Origin: Basidiobolus meristosporus CBS 931.73
Taxonomy: Eukaryota; Fungi; Basidiobolomycota
Length of the DNA: 64,000 nucleotides
Direction of reading: 5' to 3'
Assembly (NCBI GenBank): GCA_002104905.1
Contig: MCFE01000451.1
Span: 1 to 64,000, forward strand
Shown: in pieces, positions 23,014 to 35,817 of the stretch
Position numbering within the stretch: position 1 is the first letter of the stretch
Layout of the letters: each line of letters opens with the position of its first letter
The notes under the pieces: model-generated
What the model saw: the letters and a program-made list of their open reading frames with translations, nothing else
What the model was told of the DNA's origin: nothing
The model's database searches: none
Made by a program: the position numbers and the translations under genes

Positions 23014-25454
23014 AAGTTAAGGTTTGTCTCCACTGGGGTAGCTGCAGGTTTACAGTCATCCATTTGGCACTTCTTTAGTATATCTTGAATATACTTGGAT
23101 TGGCATAGGGTTATAGTCTGGGTACTGCTATCTATGGAGAACTTAATCCCTAAGTAGTAAGTGAGTTCTCCTAGATTGGACATCTTGAACTCCTTAGATA
23201 GACTGGATTTAGTCTCTTGGATTTGCTTTATATGATTTATAATATATACTAGAGTCAGCATTACTCCTTATGAAACTCAAAGATTCCAAATAAGAATCTA
23301 TCTTGCAATTCAAGGCTCTTGGTGATTTTTTGAGACCATATAGTGACCTTTTAAGCTTGCAGACCAAATGGGGGTTATCTTGGTCAGCAAACTAATCAGG
23401 CTGGTCCACATACACATCCTAATCAAGTTCTCCATTCAAAAATGCAGTTTTTACATATATATGATGAATAAAAAAATTTACACTTGGCTGCAACAGTCAA
23501 TATTAATCTGATGGAATTAAACTTGGCTACTGGTGCAAAAGTCTCAGTAGAGTCAAGTCCTTTTGTTTAAGAGTATCCTTTTGCCACAAGTATTGCTTTG
23601 TATCTTTCAATTGTACCATCAGCCTTGTATTTTGTCTTGAAGACCCATCTGCATCTAATTGATTTTTGGTTGATTGGTAATTTGACTAAGTCCCAAGTTT
23701 GATTTTCCATCAGGGCCTGATATTCCTCAGTCATTGCAGATCTCCAAAACTTTGCCTGAGGGCTATTTAGGCCTCTTTTACAGTCTGGGGCTCATCAATA
23801 TGGAATGAATTGGTATAGGCATAGGCTAAGTTTGTACCCTCATTGATATAGTAATTTGGGCTATTTCTTGTCCAATTTGATCTCCTGGCATTTCATACTG
23901 GAAGGATCACTTCTAGATATTCCTGGGCACTGATTCCGGTTGAACCACAGTTGTAGAGTCCTCTGGAGTGAAAAAATTTTCATTGTTTTGTTCTGATTCA
24001 ATCCTGACAATTGGTGGACTTAAGATCAGATTTTTGTCATCATCTGATGTCATTTTTTATGAAATTTTAAATTTTCATCAAACAGCACATCCCTGGACTT
24101 CATTAGCTTCTTTGCTTTGGTATTGTAGAGTCTGTATGCTTTACTCTCATTGCAGTAGCCTAAAAATATGCATTTTAAACTTTTTGGCTCAAATATTGAC
24201 TGAGTTCCAGGCATTTTCATGGCATACGCTGCATATGCAAATATTTTTAGATGTTCTGCACTTGGTCTGTATCTGTACCATGCTTCAAATAGAGTAGAAT
24301 CACAAAGTATTCTTTAATAACTCCTATTTTTTAAGGTATACAGCTGTACTAACTGATTCCCTCCAAAAATCATAGGACATTTTTTGATCATGGATTGTAG
24401 ATCTTGCAATATCAATTATTGATCTGTTAGCACGTTCTGCTACTCCATTTTGCTATGGGTGGCATGGTACAGTAGTCTCTTGCTTTATCCCATGAATTTT
24501 GCGGAAGTGGATGAAGAGTTTTGAGATATATTCTGCACCATTGTCAGAGCATATTTTCTTGATTTCTTCACCGGTTTCTTGCTCCACCATGGCTTTAAGC
24601 TCCCTGAGCTTAGACAGATCTTCTTTCTCTCTCTCCATGAAGTAGACCCATATGTATCTTGTATAATCATCAATAAAAGTGATTAAATACTTCATCCCAC
24701 CTAAGGATACATTTTGCATAGGTCCACACAGATCTGAGTGAAGTAGATCTAATCTTTTCTTAGTTTTGATTAGCCCAGAGCTCTTGAATGGTTGTCTGAC
24801 TTGTTTCCCATATATGTAGGCTTCACAGTGCTCCAAATTAGCTGGGGGATCAAATTTTACTCCAGATATTAGCTGATTGTTGATCTTTTTGCGCAAATAA
24901 TCAAAATTGATGTGCCACATCTCCTATGCCAAAGCATTGGTGTTTCTTCATTTAAGTTACCTATATTGGCTTCCAAATATGATGGAATATAAGTCAACTT
25001 GTATTTATTCTGATCTCTGATACCCAAAGCAATATGGGCACCATTTTGAACAGTGATCTTGTATACAGAATTGTCAAAGCTGAAACTAAGTCCTTCTGCT
25101 ATGGCCTTGCTTACAGATAGTAGGTTCTTGGCTATTTCTGGTACATAGAGTACTTCTTTAAAGGTCAGTGTATGGCTTACTTCCTGCTTTCAAGGTTTAC
25201 TTGAACAGCTTCCTCTCCTGCTACATCAAGTGTTCTATTGTCACCTATGAAAACCTTCTTAATTGGAATTTCTTGATATTGGGTAAAAAGTTCTTTTTGG
25301 TGTTTAAAGTGTTGAGGTGCTCCAGATTTAATATACCACATCTGTTGCTCCTTGTTTGTGGTCATATATAGTGCAGATATGAATTGTCTATCTTCAGTTG
25401 ATGCAACACTTCCTTATTTGGGCTTTTTCTGATGACTACCTCTCTTTGAAGCAC

Positions 25455-26500
25455 TGGTGTGGAGGTGTATAGGTCCAAGGGAGAGAAATGTCCAACACTT
25501 CTCAAGTTTTTGTGTGTGGGGTGTTCACTGGGTGCAACAGCCTTTGGCAAAAGCTTGCTAGGAATAGTTAGGTTCTGTCCCTAATCCAATGTGATGGGGA
25601 AAAAGCTACAAGCTTGTCAAGGGGAAACTATTGAGCTACAATCCCCATCTTAGTTGGTGTCTTAACAAAAGTATGTGCTGGGTTCAGCATCCTTTGAGAT
25701 GACAATGTACTTAAGCTTCCAAAGTCAAAACAACTGTAAATCTGCCAGCAGGGACTTGTTAAGAATGCAGCTGTGGGCAATAGTTTCACAGACAGAAAAG
25801 TATCTTTGCCAGTACAAGAACAAATTTGGGAAAGAATCAAATATTGCAAAAGATACCTATTCTGAGTATTCCTCACAAGTAGTGCCTCCAAGGTTAGTTG
25901 GCTGTCAGCGCAGTTTCCTAGGAGTGTCCTGTGGTCTGGGGTTGGAAGTTCAGATAGCAGCAGGTAGCAGTAATCACACTAATCAACAAGTTGGTATATT
26001 GACAAAAGGGATGTTGATTTATTGTTGAGGGATTGCCTCCCTTTTATACTTTCTCACTGGCCAAGTGATTACTAATTGTGGTGTTCCAGAAGGTTCCAGA
26101 GATTAATAGAAATCTTAATGACATCTAAATGAGCTAAGAGTATGCTAAGTAGGTGCCAGAAGGTTCTAAGAGGCACAGCACATCCAACCAATCAGCTTGT
26201 GTAACATAGAACACCTTATATGGTATGGAAGTGGTAGGGATGGTTACATGGGTTGATCATATGTCACAGGTACTGGTGTGGGTTCTTGCCTAATATAGAA
26301 GCACTTACAGCTAGCATTCTTACATAAAGTGGGGATAACTTATACAATAAGGTGAGCAGGTGTGAGTCAACCAGCTTATGGGATAGTACTGATCAAGTAT
26401 GACAAATGTGATAAAACTAAAATAAGTGTAGTAGTGAAATAGGGAAGTAGAAAATATGGAGATGAGTACATCTGTCAGAGGGTGTTACTGTGACCCCACT
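25455..26500 (-). mobile_element. Probable solo LTR (1,046 bp) of a family not seen elsewhere in the window
   Basis: Interrupts copia copy 3 and is flanked by a GCAC duplication (25451-25454 and 26501-26504). The minus strand ends in CA and contains TATAAAAG and AATAAA. No coding homology seen. Confidence 0.6.
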
Positions 26501-27591
26501 GCACCAGTCTGATGTGGGTCCTTTCCTTTTGAGTAGTTACAGAACAGGTTGCTATTGTCTTTGAAAGGTCTTGGGTATTTCATTTGTTGGTTATCATTGC
26601 TTATTAAAGCATTCTCTTCTTCCTTCTTATTGGCTCTTGATTCTCTTAGTTGCTCATCCAGAAGCCTTCCATATACATAATTTAAGGTCAAATCTTCAGT
26701 TCTAGACTCTAGGGCTGATAGAAGGCCCTGAAGCTTATCTGTCAGTCTATTCAGGATGGTAACTATTACATCCTCATCAGTAGTTTCTATGCTCACAGAT
26801 TCCATCTCATCCACCAGTAGGGTAATTCTGTTAATTATATTTTTTATTTCTTCTTCTGGCTGCGTCTTTGGAGTAAAGAATTTTTGTCTCAGATACATTT
26901 TCTTAGCAACTGAACATGACTGGTAGGTGTCTTCCAATACCTTCCAGGCATTCTTGGCTGTTTTACTCTTGGGCATTGAATTAGCAGTTTTTCTTTACAT
27001 TAAGGCAAATGCAGTTAAAGGCTCTTTATTTGTTCTTCTGGTACTTCAAGGCTTCCTCTCACATGTTTTTAAGATAACAATCTTCTCCCATGACAATATC
27101 CCATAGGCCTCTTTCTTGTAGCAGCATCTTCATCTTCACCTTCCACATTGGCAGTTAGATCCATCCAACTTTTCAGCAAAGGGAAAAAATTCCAGAAATA
27201 GCAGTAGTAGACATTGCGGAGAGTGACAGCTAAGGGCTCATAACCTGTTGTAAGAGTCTTGGAGATATTGGAAGTGTTTGGGAGGATGAGTAGATTATGT
27301 GTTTTTCACTTAATGATTTATTGAATGTAGAAGTAATATTAATACTTTTACATGGTCTTGGCATACAAAACATGTAGTATATGTTAAGGAAAGTCCCAAG
27401 AACATGTATGCAAAGCTTGGGGCTGTTTGGACAACTTTGAGAATTTTCATGTTCTGGTTACCTGGTATTTTGGTGAAAATATTCCAAGTAAATCCCAACA
27501 AGGAACTTGATCAGTATACTCTAGGATTGGAAGATAATGATCTAGTGACTAAGTTAGGTGAATATTCAGGTGGAATTCCAAACTTTTACAA

Positions 27592-28652
27592 GAATTAAGA
27601 ATATCATGTGCCAATAAAAACAAGGAGAAAATGCTTTAATAGGCAGTGATTGCCAACAAAGGAGGTACTCAAGACCCTTCAATGGCATCAGCAACCTGAT
27701 TTGCAGCTACTACAAAAGGGAAGGGCAGATGGCAGGCTGGTGCTTTGAGAAAAGAGATAATCAGCAGAAATAGCCAAAATATTAATATGCTGCAACAGCT
27801 GAAGATAGACTATTTACATCAGCACTAAGTATGACCACAAAGAAGGATTTTCACACATGGTATATTGACTCAAGAGTAACTCACCACTTTATGCACCCAC
27901 AAGAACATTTTACACATTATTGGAAAATTCCATTTAAGGTGGCTTTCATGGGAGACAATAGAACACTGGATGCATTTGAAGAGGGGGCTATCCATGTAAA
28001 TCTCAGAAGCAGTGAAGGAAGCCATGCACTTACCTACAAATATGTACTCTATGTACCAGAAAAAGGCAAAAACATACTTCTGTAAGCAAGACTGCAGTAT
28101 AAGGACTCAGTTTCAGCTTTTACAATTCTGGATGCAGGATCACTGATAAAAATGGCGCCCTAATTGCTTTGGGTATTAGAGATCAGAATCTACACAGGTT
28201 GACTTATATTCCGTCATATCTGGAAGCCAATGTAAGTAACCTTGAAGAAGAAATACTAATGCTTTGGCAAAGTGGATTTAGACACATCAACTTTGATTAT
28301 TCTGCAAAATGATCAATGGTCAGCTAATATCCGGGTTATAGACTGATCCCCCAGCAGATTTAGAGCACTGTGAAGCCTGCATAAATGTGAAACAAGCCAG
28401 AGAGCTGCTCAAGAGCTCAAGACTAATAAAAACTAAAAGAATACTAGATTTAGCTCTCTCAGAGCTGTGTGCACCTATGCACTTTATCCTTAGGTGGGAT
28501 GAATTATTTTATCAAATTTATTGCTGATTTTACAAGATACATATGGGTCTACTTCATGGTAAGAAAGAGAAAGCTCTGTCAAAGTTCAAGAAGTTTAAAG
28601 CCCTGATGGAGAGAAGAACTGTTAAGAAATCAAGAATTTTTACTTGGACAAT
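27592..28652 (+). mobile_element. Ty1/copia family A, copy 1 continuation (end of gag, PR, start of integrase), decayed
   Basis: Resumes the gag broken at 18268, about 65 bp further on. Contains WYIDSRVTHH and the pre-integrase CEAC motif. Confidence 0.8.
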
Positions 28653-30367
28653 CCCTGTGAAAATAACTTGGTCCCACATGTGAATCCAATCAGGATCAGA
28701 CATCAAGATCTTACAATGTGGCCATCATAATGCCAGCAGCCTGAAATTATTAACCCTCTTCACACATTTATGACTGGATTGTGACAGTGTTTTGCTGATT
28801 TTATTGCTATATATGTAAGTAAACATAACAGTGTTTGAGTGGCTCTCTGACAGAATTTTGATGGCATTCTGATGGGCCTATTGCAGCCTTCACTTATTTG
28901 AGCAGACCCAACTGGCCAGTACATGCATATGCCATATGTGCAAAAAAACTTTGCCATTATTTTGACAGCTTTGATGCAGACCTCTGATAGCATTGCAATG
29001 GAAATACAGTGGCCTACTGCCAGTACTGTATAATGCAATCACACTAATTAACCAGATAGTATTTTCATTTGCTATCTCCCCTTGCACTGCTCATATATTT
29101 CATTGTAGAGTTGCCCCAATTTATTTGCTTACCTACAATAGTAGTGGGTATTCCACATATAGTGCAGATCACAAAAACAATGGCCTCTTGATTACTAACC
29201 TCTACATAGAGGCACACCCATTGCAATTGACATACTTCTATCACCACAACTCTATGTCTTTTCAGTGGCAAACTTGTAAAGTTGTCATATATCTTGTATT
29301 GCTGGTAAGATATACATCTTGCCAACATATACTTGGTTGCTGCCACTTTGCCATGAATAACTCTTGAGTATGAGCAAAATACTTTTTGGTACATGACTAC
29401 TACATTCCTTCTTCCTGCTGGGTTTAGTCCCCTCTATAGATACACTCTGGCACTTGTTTGCAGGAATTTTGTATTAGATGGTGTAAATGCTGGCTTGTAC
29501 CTGGGAGAAGCCTGGCATATATTTGTAAAGTTGTCCTTGCAAAAGTTAATTGCTTGGTGCAGCTTACCCAACTATGCATTACTTAAGTGATTACCCATGA
29601 ATTGAGGGTGCTTAGCTTCTTAAGATCAATGTGTAGGTGTCTCCATGTGCATATCTCTTCTGAGTATTCTCCTACTCTTCCTGACTGTCCTCCATGTGCT
29701 AACTCATCACATCCATGATAGACTTGAAGGTAATATTCTTAATGGGATTGGGATATGGTAGTACTTGTGGCTTAGTGACTTCTGAATATTCTCTCTGTGG
29801 CAAGATGATTAATATTGGTGTTGGGATAATAGTAATGTGTGTGAGTTATTGTGTACATCCTCTAGATCTCACACATTCAACAGCAATATTATCCATTGTG
29901 CCCAGAAATGTAGGCTATCTTGCTAATGGCTGGGGTATCTCCAATTCAGATAATAATACGCACTTTTGCATGAAGGCCATTTACTGTTATCCCACAGGAA
30001 AGCATACAAACCTCATCCAGTAATGAATACAGGTGGCCATCCAGGTTAGGTGGTAATTTAAGCCCAGATATCAGTAAGACTACAATCAGATTTCCTCTCT
30101 GTTAATGTAAGATAAGCAGCAGATTCATGATGATGAGAGTCAAATGCCAGCAGAATTTGCTGGCAGAGTACTTATTCAATTAAAATCTTTTAAGTGCCAA
30201 GGCAAAAGCATGTACCTACATACATATAAAGTAGCCCTTGCTTTTGAGTTGTTTGTATTTTTGGCCATCAAATATATTGGAAATGCTTGTGCTTGATTGA
30301 TACTGTGTGCAGTACTTCATAGATTCCCAAAATCTGCCAGACTGCATGAGCTACTTAAGACAGTTAT
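28653..30367 (-). mobile_element. CACTA (Transposase_21/tnp2-type) copy 2: right terminus and 3' part of the transposase, decayed
   Basis: Starts CCCTGTGAAAATAACTTGGTC, matching the reverse complement of copy 1's right end. The interior is an inverted, deleted homolog of 36610-38970. Confidence 0.8.
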
Positions 30368-33205
30368 TGTTATGAATAGACACAGAGCATGAGAGTAGGG
30401 CTAGGCAAGGCAGGACCAGGAAAGGACTTAGGTGTGGAGCAACAAGGCAATGTAGATTTCCAAGGCAAGGCTGTTTATTCAAGAACTGTGTTTATTGGAC
30501 TGAGGAATACATAAGGGGGATTAGGACTATATATACTTTTTGGCAATATGGATGCCAAGATATATTGGCTAATACTGATGGGGTTCTGGGGTGAGACACA
30601 GTAAGTGTGCAAAGATAGAATATACTAAAGAACAAACTGGAATATCACAAGGCAATATGTCAGGGATCAGCTGATCATGTGACTAGGTCATGTGACATCT
30701 AGTTACCATATATGACATGGGACTACATAAATTCTAATGGGAAGCTTCCATAGAATGTTCTATTATGTAACATTGACTTGCAGCTTTCAAGAAGTTGCTA
30801 GAATGTAATAGAACTTTCTAGAAGGAACTGGGATTTCTTCACTGGCTTGATTTAGCTATATAGTTGGAGACCAGGGATGTCATGTGATCATGACCCTATA
30901 CTCCTCTTTTGAAGGGCTCTCTTCAAGCTTTTGGCTTTGGCTTGTTGGGGTGTGTCTGGTGGAATAGCGCAACTAGATCTTGGCAGTTTGTAAGGTTTGC
31001 TGCTGGTTCTCAAGTTTGATCATTTAGGCTGTAACCCACCCAATCTACCAGATAGTGAAGTTGGGATCTGATGTACTTTGAATCCAACACTTGCTGAGCT
31101 TCAAACTCTTGGTGTTTGTCCACTTGGATGGCTGGGGGATTTGCTGGGTACTGTTTGGGTAGAGTACTTTCATGGAATGGTTCTAGGAGGGATATATGGA
31201 ATGTATCATGAATTTTCATACTTGGTGGCAACTGTAGTTGGTACACAAGTGAACTAGGTTTCTTCTTGATCTTGAATGGACCTAGCTTCTTGTAGTCTAA
31301 TTTTTCACAAGGGCGGCTGGTAGCAATGTTTCTGCTCAAGAGCCATACCAAATCTCCTTCATTAAGCTTGGGGCTACGCTGCCATTTGTTGTCTGAAACT
31401 TCTTGTACCCCTCATGGGCTAAGGATAGTTCTTGATTGAATGTTTCTTGGATATCTAGAATTGTTGATGCATGTTCAGCTGCTGGGGGGCTCATAGGGTT
31501 GGTTGGGATCTGAATATCAAACTGTGGATGAAAACCACAATATGCATAGAATGGAACAAGACTTGTTGCAATATGACATGAGTTGTTTTAGGCAAGTTCT
31601 GCAAGTGGTAGCAGTTTGGTCCAGCTGACTTGCTGATAGTTGATATAGCACTGGAGGTGTTGTTCATGGATCTGGTTAATTCTCTCTGTCTGGCCATCTG
31701 ACTGTGGAAGAAAAGCAGTTGAGAGCTTGACTTGCACACCAAGATATTGCATGAAGTGTTTCCAGAACTTTGATATGAACTGGGGTCCTCTCTCTGATAC
31801 AATGACACTGGGGATACCATGGAGCCAAAAAACGCTCTTGATTACTAAGTGGGCTATCTCCTTAGCATCTATGTTCTTTGAGCAGGGAATGAAGTGAGCC
31901 ATCTTGGTGAGCCAATCTACCACTACTAGGATTGAATTGAATTGGTTGGATTCTGGGAGGTCAGTGATGAAGTTCCTTGAAATTGACTTCCATTGCTGGT
32001 CAGGGACTGGCAAGGGTTGGAGAAGTCCATATGACTGGTGTCTAGCAGATTTTACACATATACATATAGCGCAGGATTGGAGGTACTCCTTGATGAGAGA
32101 TATCATCTTGGGCCACCAGAAGTCTCTCTTGATTGCATTCATGGTTTTGGCAGTACCAAAATTTCCTGCAGCCTTAGGATCATGGTGAGAATGGATGATA
32201 TCCAACTGGGTATCAAGGTCTGGAACATACAGTTGGTGCTTGTGGTAGATGATGTCATTGACTGGATGTAGGTACTGGAGGTTTGGGAACTTGGGTGGTG
32301 GATCAGTGGAGGATTTGAGATATTTCTCAATTGTAGTGGCTATGGAACAGGTGGCTTGGCTGGCCTTGGCTTTCACAAGCAGTCAGGGAGCAATAATACT
32401 GGAGGACTGGGTTGCAAGGAGCTCAAAGTGTCTTTTGCCAAGTACTGGGTTTTTCATTTGTCAACAGGCATCATCCCCTTCTTCAAGGGAATACTCCACC
32501 TTTCTGGACAGGTCAGGGCAAGCAAGCAGGGGAACATACAGGAAGGATTGCTTGATGGAATTAAAGGACTTGGCCTGTACCTCATTCCAGGCAAAGGGCA
32601 GATTCATCTGTGCAAGCTTTGTCAAGGGAGTGACTATCTTGGAGTAGTTGGCAATAAATTTATGATAGAAGTTGGCAAATCCAAGGAAGGATGGCACTTC
32701 TTTTACAGAACAGGGAGTTTTCCACAACTGGATGGCTTTTACTTTCTTGGGGTCCATTCTTGTTCCATTTGAGCTGATAAGATAACCTAAGAACTCAACT
32801 TCTCTCTGGTCAAACTCACATTTCTCCAGTTTGGCATAGAGGCCAGCAGTGTTAAGTTTGTTCAAGACTTTGTTGACATGGGAGTTATGTTCTTGTTGTG
32901 TCTTAGTGTAGATTAAGATGTCATCAAGGTAGATAACCACAAATTGGTCAAGGTATTCACAGAATATGTGATTCATCAGGTGTTGAGACCAAATGGCATA
33001 ACTTTATACTCAAAATGACCATATCTTGTTCTGAATGCAGTTTTCCATTCATCACCAGGCTTGATCCTGACAAGATTATATGCTCCTCTGAGGTCAATCT
33101 TAGTAAATACTTTGGCAGCAGAGAGTTGATCTAACAGGGTGTGGATCAGGGGCAAAGGGTACCAGTTTTTGATTGTGATCTTATTCAGTGCACAGTAGTC
33201 TACAC
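30368..33205 (-). mobile_element. Ty3/gypsy chromovirus family B, piece 1: RT, integrase, chromodomain and 3' LTR (30368-~30894); RNase H deleted
   Basis: CVDY, VIYLDDILIY, IN zinc finger HH..CC, GPFKI motif and chromodomain (FEAQQVLDSK...YLVDWVGY). Confidence 0.9.
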
Positions 33206-33516
33206 CCCTATGAAAAATTATTGAGATGATCCTGTCAAAAGGCCATCACAAAGTTAATTTCCTGTGACTAAGAGGTACTAATCTTGTCAGGGCACCATCC
33301 AGAGACCTTTGAAATAATTGCACCCCAGATTTTGCAAAAAACTTTGTCAAAATTTTTCATCACAACTATGTATAAGTGGCTTTTGATTGGTTCCCTGCCA
33401 ACTTGCTCACTTTCTGATCCCAGACACTCCATTGCATCCTATGTTTGTGAGAATTGATTTGCTATTGCCTCTTTTTCACACTCCTTACTTCCTGACTCAA
33501 CCATTTCTCTTACTTT

Positions 33517-35595
33517 TCATGCATACAAATTGTTATATTTCCATTGAAACTTCAATTGTACCTCATTTGCCAATTGTATTGACCTATACAAGTCTCTATA
33601 CCCTACACTAACATTAAGCCCAACCCTGCACTCAACAAGTAACTCCATTAAAATCCACCACTCAATAAATATTTTTGCTGTAACGCTCTGGTTCCATGAC
33701 TTTTGCAAGAACCCAACGGCTTTATGCCACTGTTCATTCACTGGTTCCCACACATCCTGGTCTTCAGCCTGCACTGCAAGGTCTAGCTTCTCATCTGCCA
33801 GTCTTTGCAATATGTTCTTGCAATATTCCAGTGCATTTTCTTGAGCATTGCTCTTGAAGAAGTGCTGCAACCTACTGGTGTGCCTATTAATGCTCCAAAA
33901 CTCCACTGAAGGCATTGTGATAGTCTTTAAAGCTCTTGACATTGTGGCCTTGTCTGTCAGTGGGATCTCCACTCTGTCAACAATGGAGGCTGTGGTAGAC
34001 AAATTGCCTTTTTCAGCAAACTCATCTACCTCACTGGAGTGTAGCTCAACTGGCTGCACTTCCAACCCTTGTGAAAACAGCTGTTTTCTTGTTAGTAATT
34101 CTTCTTGGCTATGATGGGATTCAGTCTGCTCCTGGCTTGCAGCATTAATTGGCAAGAACTGCAGTTTTTTTTTGCATGCCTCCTTGTTTCAGGCTTGGGT
34201 AGATATTTTTCACTTTACCTTTTCCTTTATCACTGCCAGGTCTTTCACTGCTACTTTGTCTGAGTGCTTCTTGTAAAGAACTACATTTTCTCCGGGAAAA
34301 ATTCTGCTCTGACGCATCTGTTTTGGCCTGCTTGTCCCTTGCTGGCACTCTTCTGGCAACCTGACGTTTCTTTTCAGCTTATTTGGAGCTCTCAACTGTA
34401 GTTGTAACAGGCTCCTGTAAAAGTGGCTGGTTTTTATCACCGCCAGGTCCTTCACTGCTACTTTGACTCAGTGCTTCTTGAGTGGCACTACTCTTTTTCC
34501 TTGATAAATGTTGTGCTGGTGCATCCATGTCTGCCTGCTTATCCTTAATTGGCACTCTTCCAGCTGCCTGACATCTCATTGACGCTTGTCTGGAGCTTTT
34601 GGCCCTGCTTGTAACAGGCACTTGAGGAAGCTGCTGGTTTTTAGCCATGACACCATTGTACTTCTACCTTTGATAGTTTCTGCTATTCTTAAGATACTTT
34701 CTTAGCATACCAATGCTAGCCCAAAATTTTTCTGCCCATTTGAATCCAGGATAATGCTCATGGAACAAGTCAAGTGCATTCTGCTTGGCCTTCAGTTCCT
34801 GATGGTCCCATGGTATGCCAGCGTTAAGGTGCTGGTGTGCAAGACTTCTGACAGCCTCTTGTATATTAGCCCACTCTTAGTTATTGCACTCAACGACTTC
34901 ACGGATCTTCAATGTCTTTTGATTTTTAGGCTTATATATAAAGCCACATTGTCTCCCTCCCATGCTGTGATAGATTTTTCTGTGGGCCTTATCTTTGGGC
35001 ACTGTTGTTGTGCTTCAAAGACTGTACAGTGTTCCTCTGCTGTTACATTCGGATATGGCTCAATTCTTGGCTGTGACATTGAGCTACTTGAGTTCCTTCT
35101 TTGCAGCAAAGATACTGCTTTCTCCACCTGGGATATTGATTGCTCTACTCATATTATCTGCTCACCCTGTTTCTGGACTACTTCCTGATTTCTCTGGGCC
35201 ATTGCATCTCTCTTATCAGCCACTGCACCTGATAGCTTCATTAATGCATTGGTATGTGCTGACAACATACTTGCTAATATGGGTGGTGGTGATGTTATCA
35301 TGGCCACTTGCTGATCTTCAACTGAGGGTTCTGCGTTTGCTACATTCTCATCTGCCTGGGCATAATGGTCAGCTTGTGGCTCTGCAGAGGTTCTCAATTG
35401 CCTACTTGACTGATAGCCTGAGGAGTCCGCATTATTACCTTCAATGGGCACACTGTCCAAAGGGCCTTTTTTGGATGTAGCCCTGCTTGTTGCACTGAAT
35501 GTCAAAGCAAGCTGTTGTCCAATCATTCTTCTGTTGCCATCAGTGGAGGGGTTTGGTTGAGAACCAGACAACTTTGCTTTATTTTTTAGCTGCAT
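33517..35595 (-). pseudogene. CACTA accessory ORF (possibly TnpA-like), fragmented by stops and frameshifts
   Basis: Consecutive minus-strand ORF fragments. Homologous fragments recur at 43743-44221, 46623-47050 and ~47850-48130. Includes a structured-looking block EWANIQEAVRSLAHQHLNAGIPWDHQ...YPGFKWAEKFWASIGMLRKYLKNSRNYQR. Confidence 0.6.
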
Positions 35596-35817
35596 ATATA
35601 TAGAAGTGAGTCAAACCAAAGGGGAATTAGTGTTACATATACATGTGTATGTGGTGCCACAACTTTATTTATAATGCTTACTATGGCAGGTCATCTTTGA
35701 ATCTTACATTCATGTAGATGCAATGTCTCAGATACAAGACTGTCTTAAGTTCACATGAGTATTGACCAAAAAGTGATACAATAGTGTGACATTGTTGAAG
35801 GTCAAACTGTTTGCCCC

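Larger units (their letters stand above)
18269..27591 (-). mobile_element. Ty1/copia family A, copy 3 (inverted); 5' LTR 27246-27591, remnant of the 3' LTR end at 18269-18329; interrupted by copy 2 and a solo LTR
   Basis: Reverse-complement LTR, PBS GGTTATGAGCCC at 27234-27245, and decayed gag, protease, integrase and RT homologous to copy 2. Confidence 0.85.
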
